A stretch of DNA of 64,000 bases from Thiobacillus sp. (GTDB lineage: Bacteria; Pseudomonadota; Gammaproteobacteria; Burkholderiales; Thiobacillaceae): contig JAUYCF010000085.1 of NCBI GenBank assembly GCA_030692355.1, positions 21,880 through 85,879 of the forward strand. Direction: 5' to 3'. Made by a program: the position numbers and the translations under genes. Position 1 is the first letter of the stretch; every line of letters begins with the position of its first letter. Under the pieces are notes generated by a model. That model worked only from the letters and a program-made list of their open reading frames with translations, was not told the origin of the DNA and did no database searches. Shown here piece after piece: positions 1-8,839 of the stretch.

Positions 1-77
1 GCCTCGCCCGGCGCGCGGTAGCGGGTCTCCCAGATATGACGGGAGATTTCCATGCCGAAGGGGTCGGCTGATGTCAT
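1..77 (-). CDS. 5' end (partial) of a probable class II (adenosylcobalamin-dependent) ribonucleotide reductase
   Basis: Minus strand from ATG at 77 reads MTSADPFGMEISRHIWETRYRAPGE and runs off the window. EISRHIWETRYR resembles NrdJ-type N-termini. Only 25 codons visible. Confidence 0.55.
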   Translation of the reverse strand, partial: MTSADPFGMEISRHIWETRYRAPGE

Positions 78-145
78 GGCGCGGCGATACTGTCAAAGAG
101 ATGAGGCATCATTCGTTTATAGCCTTTTACCGTCACCCTGTTTTT

Positions 146-1132
146 ATGATGAATTCGTCCCACCCCTATTCCGCGCTGACTCCCGACTGCGCATTGGACG
201 CGCTCGACTCGACCGGCCTCAAGGCCGACGGCCGCCTGCTGGCGCTGAACAGCTACGAAAACCGTGTCTACCAGATGGGCGTGGAGGATGCGGCAGCGCA
301 GGTGGTGGTCAAGTTCTACCGCCCCGAACGCTGGAGCGACGCCGCCATCCTCGAAGAACACGCGTTCACCGCCGAGCTGGCCGCGCGCGAGATCCCGGTC
401 GTCGCCCCGCTGGAGCTCAACGGCGCCACCCTCCACACGCACGCCGGTTTCCGCTTCGCGGTCTACCCCAAGCAGGGCGGGCGCATGCCCGAGTTCGAGC
501 GCGCCGACACCCTGCGCCGGATGGGGCGCTTTCTCGGCCGCATCCATGCGGTGGGTGCCCAGGCGAATTTTGCGCATCGCCCGACGCTTGATATCGAGAC
601 CTTCGGCACCGCCTCGCGCGACTTCCTGCGCGACGGCAACTGGCTGCCGCCCGACCTGGTCGCCGCGTGGGACAGCGTGGTCGAGTATGCGCTCGCCGGC
701 GTCGCGCATTGCTACGAACGCGCCGGCAAGGTGCGCTCCATCCGCCTGCATGGCGACTGCCACGCCGGCAACGTGCTGTGGACTGACGACGGCCCGCATT
801 TTGTCGACTTCGACGACAGCCGCATGGGGCCGGCGGTGCAGGATCTGTGGATGCTGCTGTCGGGCGAGCGCGACGAGCAGCAGGCGCAGATGACCGAGAT
901 CCTGACCGGCTACGAGGACTTCGCCGAATTCGACCCGCGCGAACTGCATCTGGTCGAGGCACTCAGAACCCTGAGGCTGATCCACTACGCCGCCTGGCTC
1001 GCCCGCCGCTGGGACGACCCGGCTTTCCCCGCCGCGTTTCCATGGTTCAATACGCAGCAGTACTGGCAGGCGCGGATCCTCGAATTGCGCGAGCAGATCG
1101 CGCTGATGGACGAGCCGCCGCTGGTGGCGTGA
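146..1132 (+). CDS. srkA: Stress response Ser/Thr protein kinase (SrkA/RdoA/YihE family)
   Basis: LNSYENRVY, KFYRPERWS, LHGDCHAGNVLW, DFDD and FPAAFPWF motifs. Start taken at ATG 146 or 149. Confidence 0.92.
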   Translation: MMNSSHPYSALTPDCALDALDSTGLKADGRLLALNSYENRVYQMGVEDAAAQVVVKFYRPERWSDAAILEEHAFTAELAAREIPVVAPLELNGATLHTHAGFRFAVYPKQGGRMPEFERADTLRRMGRFLGRIHAVGAQANFAHRPTLDIETFGTASRDFLRDGNWLPPDLVAAWDSVVEYALAGVAHCYERAGKVRSIRLHGDCHAGNVLWTDDGPHFVDFDDSRMGPAVQDLWMLLSGERDEQQAQMTEILTGYEDFAEFDPRELHLVEALRTLRLIHYAAWLARRWDDPAFPAAFPWFNTQQYWQARILELREQIALMDEPPLVA

Positions 1133-1195
1133 TGAATTTCAGCACGCCGGGCGTAACGGTGGACGAATGCCGGACGCCGGCTTATTATCAGAATA

Positions 1196-1216
1196 ACGGA
1201 ATTTCCGTATTACGGA
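1196..1216 (+). promoter_or_regulatory. Overlapping inverted repeats, probable TA autoregulatory operator
   Basis: ACGGAA-T-TTCCGT (1196-1208) overlaps TCCGTA-T-TACGGA (1204-1216), directly upstream of the antitoxin RBS and ATG. Confidence 0.6.
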
Positions 1217-1224
1217 GAATCAAA

Positions 1225-1473
1225 ATGCGTGAAACCCTCATCGTGTCCAATCGCGGCCAGATCACCCTGCCGGCCGGAATGCGCAAGCAACTCGGCATCG
1301 CACCCGGCAGCGTCGTGATTATCGAAACGCGTAACGGCGAGCTTGCCCTGAAACCCGCAGCCGTGCTGGAGATCGAGCGCTATACCGACGAACAGATTGC
1401 CCAGTGGGACAGCGAAGACAAGCTGACCGCCGCTGAGCGCAAGCGCATTCTGGCCCGGCTGCAGAAAGCCTGA
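1225..1473 (+). CDS. AbrB/MazE/SpoVT-family DNA-binding antitoxin
   Basis: VSNRGQITLPAGMRKQLGIAPGSVV AbrB motif; GGAGA RBS; stop overlaps the next ATG. Confidence 0.88.
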   Translation: MRETLIVSNRGQITLPAGMRKQLGIAPGSVVIIETRNGELALKPAAVLEIERYTDEQIAQWDSEDKLTAAERKRILARLQKA

Positions 1474-1901
1474 TGCGGATCTTTCTCGACGCCAACATTC
1501 TTTTTACGGCGGCGCACAACCCCAAGGGCAAGGCCGCCCTGGTCATCGAGCTTGGCCAGGCGGGACTCTGGCAACTGGTCACCAGCGCCTACGCGCTGGA
1601 AGAAGCGCGCCGCAACCTGGCGCTCAAATTCCCCGACGGCCTGGAACAACTGGGTGCGCTGGCTCAAGGCCTGCGCATGTCGCCCGACGCGGCGGGCGCG
1701 GACACAATGCGCGAGGTCGCCACGTCTTGCCCAGCGGGATTACCGGACAAGGACTGTCCCATCTATCGCGCCGCGCACGCCTGCCGGGCGGATGTTCTGC
1801 TCACCGGCGACCTCCGCGATTTCGGGTTTCTGATGAATGATCGCAACAAGGCGGGCGGCCTGCTGATTCAGACCGTCGCCGATTTTCTGAATGGGCTTTG
1901 A
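1473..1901 (+). CDS. PIN-domain (VapC-like) toxin
   Basis: IFLDANILF, EEARRNL, DKDCPI and LLTGDLRDF acidic PIN motifs; translationally coupled to the AbrB gene. Confidence 0.88.
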   Translation: MRIFLDANILFTAAHNPKGKAALVIELGQAGLWQLVTSAYALEEARRNLALKFPDGLEQLGALAQGLRMSPDAAGADTMREVATSCPAGLPDKDCPIYRAAHACRADVLLTGDLRDFGFLMNDRNKAGGLLIQTVADFLNGL

Positions 1902-1937
1902 CGAGCCTGGCATGACCGCACTCGATGCTGACGGTGA

Positions 1938-3102
1938 ATGCACACGATGAACATCAAACTCCAGGCTGTTAAACCGCCCGCTGGCTACGCAGCCGTCCAT
2001 GTCGGTATCGTTGACCTGCTGCAAGCGGCACGCGCGCAAGCTGCCCGTAGCGTCAACGCATTGATGACCGCCAGCTACTGGGAGATTGGCCGTCGTATTG
2101 TCGAAGCCGAGCAAAAGGGCAAACGCAGGGCAGGGTATGGCGAACAGCTGATTTTGCGTTTGTCGGCGGACCTCACGAAGCAATTCGGGAGGGGGTTTTC
2201 CGAACGCAACCTCGACCAAATGCGGCTGTTCTATACGGTGTGGCTAATTCCGCAGACGCTGTCTGCGGAATCCTCAATTCTCCAGACAGCGTCTGCGGTT
2301 TCGGCGCCCCTGCAAGCTATGCCTGCGCGCCGTGCGGCCGTCGCCGCGCGTTTCCCCCTGCCGTGGTCGGCCTACGTCCGCCTGCTTTCCGTCAAGAGCG
2401 ACCATGCCCGCGGCTTCTACGAAACCGAAGCCCTGCGCGGCGGCTGGAGCGTGCGGCAACTCGACCGCCAGATCGACAGTCAGTTTTACGAGCGCACCGC
2501 CCTGTCGCGCAACAAGGCCGCCATGCTCGCCAAGGGCGCGGTCGCCAAACCGGAAGACACGATCACGCCGGACGAAGCGATTAAAGACCCCTACGTGCTG
2601 GAGTTCCTGAATCTCAAGGACGAATATTCCGAGGCCGAACTGGAAGAGGCGCTGATTCATCGGCTGCAAGATTTTCTGCTCGAACTGGGCGACGACTTTG
2701 CCTTTGTCGGGCGGCAAAAACGCCTGCGCCTCGACGACACCTGGTTTCGCGTTGACCTGGTGTTCTTCCACCGGCGTTTGCGCTGCCTGGTCATCGTCGA
2801 TCTGAAAGTGGGCAAATTCACCTACGCCGACGCCGGGCAAATGCACCTGTACCTGACGCGCCAACTGGATGCGCGAGGGCGAGAACCCGCCGGTGGGGCT
2901 GATTCTGTGCAGCCGCAAGGGTGCTGCCGAAGCGCACTATGCGCTGGATGGCTTGTCCAATAAAGTGCTGGCGGCGGAATATCAAACCGTGCTGCCCAGC
3001 GAAGCGGAGATCGCCAGGGAGTTGGCCCACGCCACGCGTCTGCTGGAAAAAACCAGCAAGCCGATGCGAGGGAAAAAAGCCGCCAAAAAACCGAAAAGGT
3101 GA
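1938..3102 (+). pseudogene. YhcG/DUF1016 PD-(D/E)XK nuclease family, frameshifted near 2856-2865
   Basis: YWEIGRRIV, WSVRQLDRQI, IKDPYVLEFL, FVGRQKRL, DLVFFHRRLRCLVIVDLK and DAGQMHLYL in one frame. The family C-terminus (WMREGENPPVGLILCS...YQTVLPSE) continues in another frame (2869-3102). Confidence 0.8.
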
Positions 3103-3172
3103 GCACACAAGCCATGTCAGCCGAGTCTCCGCGCGGCAAATTTCAGCTTAACCAGAGAAGTCGATATCAAAA

Positions 3173-4939
3173 ATGTGCGGCATAGCAGGTGAATTCCGGT
3201 TCGACAACAAGGCGCCCGACGCGGCGGCGATGGATCGCATGCTGGCCAAGCTGGCACGGCGCGGGCCCGACGCCGAGGGCCAGCACGCCGACGGCTCGGT
3301 GCGGCTGGGCCACCGGCGGCTGGCGATCATCGATCTGTCGGAACACTCGAAGCAGCCAATGCTCGACGCCGCCAGCGGCACCGCACTGGTGTTCAACGGC
3401 ACCATTTACAACTATCCGGAACTGCGCACCGAGCTGATCGGGCGCGGCCACGTTTTCCATTCCGACGGCGATACCGAAGTCATCCTGCGCGCGTTTCTGG
3501 AATGGGGCGAGGCCTGCGTCGAGCGCCTGCATGGCATGTTCGCGTTCGCCATCTGGAACCGCGAGACGCTGTTCCTGGCGCGCGATCGCCTCGGCATCAA
3601 GCCGCTGTACTACAGCCAAAACCCCGGCTGCTTCGGTTTCGCCTCGACGCCGCAGGCGCTGCAGGCGGCGGGCGGGGTCGACACCAGCGTCGACGCGGTG
3701 GCGCTGCATCACCTGTTCACCCTGCATGCGGTGGTGCCGGCGCCGCGCACGATTTTCAACGGCGTGCGCAAGCTCGCGCCCGGCACCACCATGACCGTGA
3801 ATGCGCGCGGCGAGCTCAGCCACAAAAAATACTGGTCGCTGAAAGCGCAACGCCCGGCCGTACCGAAGACCGAGGCCGAGTGGACCGAGGCGATTCACGA
3901 GAGCCTCAGGCAGGCGGTGAAGAAACGCATCGAGATCGCCGACGTCAAGGTCGGCGTGCTGCTCTCCGGCGGTCTTGATTCGAGCCTTTTGGTGGCGCTG
4001 CTGGCCGAGCAGGGCGTGCCCGACCTGATGACGTTTTCGGTCGGCTTCGAGGACCAGCCGGAAGAGCGCGGCAACGAGTTCGAGTACTCCGACCCGGTGG
4101 CGGCGATGTATGGCACGCGCCACCACAAGTACCTGATCCCCAATTCGGAGGTGCTGCGCCGCCTGCCCGAGGCGGTGGACCAGATGTCCGAGCCGATGTT
4201 CGCGCAGGACGCGGTGGCGTTCTACCTGCTGGCCGAACAGGTCAGCAAGACGGTGAAGGTGGTGCAGAGCGGGCAGGGTGCGGACGAGGTGTTCGGCGGC
4301 TATTTCTGGTATCCGCGGATGGCGGCGGAAACCTCGGGCAGCCCGCTGGAGCGCTTCCGCCGCCATTATTTTGACCGTGACCACGACGAGTTTCTCGACA
4401 TGGCCATGCCGGCGTATCACGGCCCCGACTACACGGCGGAAATGATCGCGGGTCATCTGGCGGAACCTTTTGCCGACGAATTCATCGATCAGGTGTTGCG
4501 CATGGACACGACCATACTGATTACCGACGACCCGGTGAAGCGGGTCGACAACATGACGATGGCGTGGGGGCTGGAAGCGCGCGTGCCTTTCCTCGATCAC
4601 CAGCTGGTCGAACTGGCTGCGTCGATGCCGCCCGAACTGAAGCTGGCATCCGGCGGTAAGCACGTGTTGAAAAGCATCGCGCGCGGGCGGGTGCCGGATG
4701 CTGTGATCGACCGCAAGAAAGGCTATTTCCCGGTGCCTGCACTCAAATTCGTACGCGGAGAATTTTTGAACTTCATGCAGGACATTCTGAATTCGCAGGC
4801 CTGCCGCGAGCGCGGCCTGTATCACCGCGCCTACGTCAACAAACTGCTGGATGCCCCGGAGCAGCACCACACCCGCATCCAGGGCAGCAAGCTGTGGCAT
4901 CTGGCGCTACTGGAATACTGGCTGCAAAAACATGCTTAA
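3173..4939 (+). CDS. AsnB-family glutamine amidotransferase (resembles N-acetylglutaminylglutamine amidotransferase type)
   Basis: N-terminal MCGIAG, RRGPDAEG, FNGTIYNY, LLSGGLDSS, SGQGADEVFGGY, KRVDNMTMAWGLEARVPFLDH. Confidence 0.9.
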   Translation: MCGIAGEFRFDNKAPDAAAMDRMLAKLARRGPDAEGQHADGSVRLGHRRLAIIDLSEHSKQPMLDAASGTALVFNGTIYNYPELRTELIGRGHVFHSDGDTEVILRAFLEWGEACVERLHGMFAFAIWNRETLFLARDRLGIKPLYYSQNPGCFGFASTPQALQAAGGVDTSVDAVALHHLFTLHAVVPAPRTIFNGVRKLAPGTTMTVNARGELSHKKYWSLKAQRPAVPKTEAEWTEAIHESLRQAVKKRIEIADVKVGVLLSGGLDSSLLVALLAEQGVPDLMTFSVGFEDQPEERGNEFEYSDPVAAMYGTRHHKYLIPNSEVLRRLPEAVDQMSEPMFAQDAVAFYLLAEQVSKTVKVVQSGQGADEVFGGYFWYPRMAAETSGSPLERFRRHYFDRDHDEFLDMAMPAYHGPDYTAEMIAGHLAEPFADEFIDQVLRMDTTILITDDPVKRVDNMTMAWGLEARVPFLDHQLVELAASMPPELKLASGGKHVLKSIARGRVPDAVIDRKKGYFPVPALKFVRGEFLNFMQDILNSQACRERGLYHRAYVNKLLDAPEQHHTRIQGSKLWHLALLEYWLQKHA

Positions 4940-6182
4940 ATTTTTCTTTCTGCTGGCGGTGCTGGCGACGTTTCCCGCCCGCGCCCAGACCGGCTTCGAC
5001 GACTGGCTCGCCGCCTTCCGCCAGGAGGCGGCGGCGCAGGGCATTTCCGCCGCCACCCTCGACGCCGCGCTGACCGGCATCAAGCCGGTCGAACGCGTGG
5101 TCCAGCTCGACCGCCGCCAGCCCGAATTCGTGCAGACCTTTTCCGATTACCTGAGGGCGCGCGTCACCCCGAGCCGGGTCGCGCGCGGCCAGGAATTGAT
5201 GGCCGAACACGCCGCGCTGCTCGATGCGGTCGAACAGCAGCACGGGGTCCCGAAAGCCGTGCTGGTGTCGTTCTGGGGACTGGAAACCAACTACGGCGCC
5301 ACCCTCGGCAGCCACAACATCCCGGCCAGCCTCGCCACGCTCGCCTATGACGGGCGCCGCAGCGCGTTCTTTCGCGGCCAGCTGCTCGACGCGCTGCGCA
5401 TCATCGATGCCGGACATGTCAATGCGATCGACATGAACGGCTCGTGGGCCGGCGCGATGGGCCACATGCAGTTCATGCCGTCGACCTTTCGCGCCTATGC
5501 GATGGACGGCGACGGCGATGGCCGCATCGACCTGTGGCAATCGCTGCCCGACGCCCTGTACTCGGGCGCGAACTATCTCAAACGTGCCGGCTGGCGCACG
5601 GGTGAGCCGGTGGCCATCGAGGTGCGGCCGCCACCAGGCTTCGACTGGCGGCGCGCGAGCATCGCCAACCGCCTGCCGGTGGCGCGATGGACGGCGCTCG
5701 GCGTCAAGGCGGTGGGCGGCGGCCCGTTGCCGGGCGTGGCCGGGCGTGCGGCCATCGTGGTGCCGCAGGGCTGGCAGGGGCCGGTCTTCATGGTGTTCGA
5801 CAATTTCGGCGTGGTGATGCGCTGGAACCGCTCGGTCAATTACGCGCTGGCGGTGGCGCAACTGGCGCAACAGGTCGCGGGCGGCGACGGCCTGAGCGTG
5901 CAGTCGGGCGAAGCGGGTGCGCTGAGCACGGCGCAACTGCAAGCGCTGCAGCAGGCGTTGAACGAATTGGGATTCGTCGCCGGCGAGGCGGACGGCCTGC
6001 CCGGTCCGCGCACACAAACCGCCATCCGGCAATATCAGTTCATGCACCGGCTGCCGGTCGACGGCTACCCCGCGCCAAGCCTGCTGGCGCACATCGAGCA
6101 AACCCACGCTGCCGCAGCGGCAGCGGGCAGGCTGGCGCCGGCCCCCACTTTTGCCGATCCGGCCAAAGATTCAGGAGAATGA
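4932..6182 (+). CDS. Lytic murein transglycosylase (MltB/Slt35 family) with C-terminal PG-binding domain
   Basis: Signal peptide, SFWGLETNYG, GSWAGAMGHMQFMPSTF, YAMDGDGDGRIDLW, WNRSVNYA, LQQALNELGF...DGLPGPRTQTAI. Confidence 0.9.
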   Translation: MLKFFFLLAVLATFPARAQTGFDDWLAAFRQEAAAQGISAATLDAALTGIKPVERVVQLDRRQPEFVQTFSDYLRARVTPSRVARGQELMAEHAALLDAVEQQHGVPKAVLVSFWGLETNYGATLGSHNIPASLATLAYDGRRSAFFRGQLLDALRIIDAGHVNAIDMNGSWAGAMGHMQFMPSTFRAYAMDGDGDGRIDLWQSLPDALYSGANYLKRAGWRTGEPVAIEVRPPPGFDWRRASIANRLPVARWTALGVKAVGGGPLPGVAGRAAIVVPQGWQGPVFMVFDNFGVVMRWNRSVNYALAVAQLAQQVAGGDGLSVQSGEAGALSTAQLQALQQALNELGFVAGEADGLPGPRTQTAIRQYQFMHRLPVDGYPAPSLLAHIEQTHAAAAAAGRLAPAPTFADPAKDSGE

Positions 6183-6236
6183 CGTGAGCGACGCGCGCAA
6201 CGTATTGGGCCGGCAACATGACGTCCGGTGGGCATC

Positions 6237-6584
6237 ATGAGCCTGCAATGCTGGAAATGCGGCGCCAGCCTGGCCGGCATGCTGCTGCCGCTGTCGCGCC
6301 GCGAAACCTGCCCCAGCTGCCGCACCGACCTGCATGCGTGCAGAATGTGCCGCCACTATGACGCGCACCGCGCCGGCCAGTGCCGCGAAATGGCGGCCGA
6401 ACGCGTTGCCGACAAGGTGCGCGCCAACGATTGCGGCTGGTTCGTGCCGCGTCCGGAAGCCTACAAGGGCGGCGGCGCGGCGATGGCGCAGGCGGGCCGG
6501 AGCGCGCTCGATGCGCTGTTTGGCGGGACGCCGGCCAGGACCGACGCGCCGCAGACGCCGGACGACCTGTTCAAGAAGCCCTGA
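6237..6584 (+). CDS. Cys-rich hypothetical protein (putative metal-binding)
   Basis: CWKC, CPSC, CRMC plus two further Cys; codon usage like flanking genes. Confidence 0.7.
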   Translation: MSLQCWKCGASLAGMLLPLSRRETCPSCRTDLHACRMCRHYDAHRAGQCREMAAERVADKVRANDCGWFVPRPEAYKGGGAAMAQAGRSALDALFGGTPARTDAPQTPDDLFKKP

Positions 6585-6585
6585 T

Positions 6586-7254
6586 TCAGGGTTGCAGCGC
6601 GGTCAGGTAGGCCGCCAGGTTGCGGATGTCTGCATCCTTGAGGTTGCGGGTATACGCGGCCATCCGCGGATCGATGCGTTCGCCGTTGCCGCTGCGGTAA
6701 CGTTTCAGCGAGCCCTCCAGATAGGCCTCCTGCTGTCCGGCCAGCCGCGGAATCATCTGGGTGCCGGTGCCGCTGGCGCCGTGGCAGTTGACGCACAGCT
6801 TGTCGTACAGATGCTTGCCCGCGGCGCTGTGCGCGGCGGCAGGCTTGTGGGCAAGCGGCTGCTGCGACAGGAACAGCGCGATCGCGATCCGCTCGTCGGG
6901 GGTCAGGGCCTTGATCATCCCCTCCATGAAGGCCGACGACTTGCGCTGCCCCTGCACGAACTTATTCATCTGTTCCAGCAGATAGGCTGCATTCTGGCTC
7001 GCCAGATTGGGCACCTCGGGCAGCACACTGTTGCCGCCGGCGCCATGGCAATGCCGGCAGACCGACGCGTCTTTCTGCCCGCGCTGGATCGCAGCGGACA
7101 ACCTTGCCGGATCCTGGCTGATCTGGGTCAGCTTCTCGTGCAGCGCTTCGGGGGCGAGTGGAGCAGGCTTGTCCGTGTTGCGGTCCGGAGCCGCGGCAGC
7201 GAATGCGGTCACGAACAGCAGGCTGGTCATGCAGGAAAACTTGATCAAGGACAT
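6586..7254 (-). CDS. Diheme cytochrome c4
   Basis: Signal peptide, two CxxCH motifs (CRHCH, CVNCH), PNLASQNAAYL and PRLAGQQEAYL, axial Met in each domain. Confidence 0.9.
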   Translation of the reverse strand: MSLIKFSCMTSLLFVTAFAAAAPDRNTDKPAPLAPEALHEKLTQISQDPARLSAAIQRGQKDASVCRHCHGAGGNSVLPEVPNLASQNAAYLLEQMNKFVQGQRKSSAFMEGMIKALTPDERIAIALFLSQQPLAHKPAAAHSAAGKHLYDKLCVNCHGASGTGTQMIPRLAGQQEAYLEGSLKRYRSGNGERIDPRMAAYTRNLKDADIRNLAAYLTALQP

Positions 7255-7339
7255 GGAGCACCTTTCAGCGTTATTCCGGATAATGATATCAACAAATAAT
7301 ACGTTGGGGTGCGTCGGCCAGTTCCGGGCGTGCCGGCAA

Positions 7340-8239
7340 TCACGCGTCCGGGCTTGTCCGTGGCCCGTTCAGCTGCCGCAGCGCCTGCCATTCGTACAGC
7401 AGCAGGCCCGCGCCGATCAGCGCGATGCCGGCCCATCCGCTGGCCGGGATGAATTCGGCGTTCAGCGTCTGACCCAGCAGCAGCGCGGAAACGGGCGTGA
7501 CCAGCATGATCAGCGCGACGCGCCCGGCATCCAGATGCTTGATCACGTAGTAATACAGCGTGAAGCCCACCACCGACCCCAGTACGCCGAGATAAACGAT
7601 GGAGGCGCCGGCACGCGGCGTGGTGTCGGGCGGCAGCTGCGCGGCGTCGGCGATCAGCCAGGCCAGCACGAACAGCGGCGTCGCCACGCCGAGCGAGCCA
7701 GTGGTGATGGCGAGCGCCGAGGCGCGCACATTCAGGCGCTTGATCCACACCAGCCCCAGCGCCTGCACGGTCATCCCGATCACCACGGCCGCGGTGCCGA
7801 GCGTGGCCTGGCTGTCGCCCGGCCACGGCTGGCCGAAGATCACCCACAGGCCGGTCAGCGCCAGCCCGAGTCCCGCCAGGCGGAGCGGCGTAAGCGTGCG
7901 CTCACTCAGCCACAGCGCGGCGAACGCGCCGGTGACCAGCGGCGACAGCCCGAAGATCACCGAAATCAGCCCCGACGGGATATGCAGCGCCCCCCAGTAG
8001 GTGAGCAGCATGGCCACGAAAATCGACAGGCCGTTGATGGCATAAAGGCGCTTTGCGGCCGGAGTAAACGGGAGCGCCGTGCGGGTGGTGAAGAGCAGCA
8101 GCAGGCAGATCGCCAGCCCGAGCAGCATCCGCGCCATCACCGCGAAGCTGAAACCCGCCCCCTGCGCGCTCCATTGAATGGCGAGCGGCGTGGTCGACCA
8201 GATGAGGATGACACCGAGATAGGCGGCAGGGACGGACAT
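7340..8239 (-). CDS. DMT/EamA family transporter
   Basis: About ten hydrophobic helices; WSTTPLAI and YLGVLGSVVGFTLYY EamA-like repeats. Confidence 0.85.
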   Translation of the reverse strand: MSVPAAYLGVILIWSTTPLAIQWSAQGAGFSFAVMARMLLGLAICLLLLFTTRTALPFTPAAKRLYAINGLSIFVAMLLTYWGALHIPSGLISVIFGLSPLVTGAFAALWLSERTLTPLRLAGLGLALTGLWVIFGQPWPGDSQATLGTAAVVIGMTVQALGLVWIKRLNVRASALAITTGSLGVATPLFVLAWLIADAAQLPPDTTPRAGASIVYLGVLGSVVGFTLYYYVIKHLDAGRVALIMLVTPVSALLLGQTLNAEFIPASGWAGIALIGAGLLLYEWQALRQLNGPRTSPDA

Positions 8240-8292
8240 GCAGCGCAGGGTCAGCGGTACGGGTGCGCTCCGGGAGGCGGTTCCTGTCCGGC

Positions 8293-8709
8293 TTACAGGG
8301 TGTAATCACCCGCACGTTCGGGCTGGTAGGTGACCTCGACGATGCGTGCGCGCACGGTCTGCCCGTTGGGCGCCGTCCACTCGATCTGCTGGCCGACCGT
8401 GAGACCCAGTACCGCGATGCCCGCGGGCATGGTCACGGCGAGTTGACCTGGCGCACCGGTGAAATCGCGCGGATACACGAGGACCATTTCCATCTCCTTG
8501 CCCGCCGGTTCGACGACGAAGCGGATGCGCGAATTCATCGTCACAACATCGGCAGGCATCTGCTCGGAGGGCAGGATCTGCGCGCGATCGAGTTCCTCGC
8601 GCAGGGCGTCCACGCCAGGCTGGTCGTCCGGCAGGCTGGCGAGCATGCCTTCGAGGCGCTCCAGGTCGCGCTCGGATACGGTAATGGCGGGACGGGTCGT
8701 GATTTCCAT
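8293..8709 (-). CDS. rnk: Regulator of nucleoside diphosphate kinase (GreA/GreB C-terminal family)
   Basis: ITVSERDLERL, ELDRAQI, VVTMNSRIRF, LVYPRD, AVLGLTVGQQIEW, YQPERAG; AGGAG RBS before ATG 8709. Confidence 0.88.
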   Translation of the reverse strand: MEITTRPAITVSERDLERLEGMLASLPDDQPGVDALREELDRAQILPSEQMPADVVTMNSRIRFVVEPAGKEMEMVLVYPRDFTGAPGQLAVTMPAGIAVLGLTVGQQIEWTAPNGQTVRARIVEVTYQPERAGDYTL

Positions 8710-8731
8710 GGGGTGCTCCTGCATCAATGCG

Positions 8732-8767
8732 CAAAATGAAAACCGCCCGGGCCGAAGCCCGGGCGGT
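8732..8767 (-). terminator. Intrinsic terminator hairpin in the rnk leader
   Basis: ACCGCCCGGGC-TTCG-GCCCGGGCGGT followed by TTTCATTTTG on the minus strand. Confidence 0.8.
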
Positions 8768-8777
8768 GTTGGTCAAA

Positions 8778-8786
8778 ACTATAGCA
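8778..8786 (-). promoter_or_regulatory. Extended -10 promoter (TG-C-TATAGT) upstream of the rnk leader hairpin
   Basis: TGCTATAGT on the minus strand; implied +1 near 8770, just before the hairpin. Confidence 0.6.
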
Positions 8787-8839
8787 CCGAAGATGGGCCG
8801 GAGATACTCTCTCTCTCCCTGCGGTGAAGGGTCGCCCGC

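Noticed and set aside
8805-8820. (CT)n microsatellite as a phase-variation tract
   Set aside because: Only about five units and outside the inferred promoter core; too short to support slippage control.
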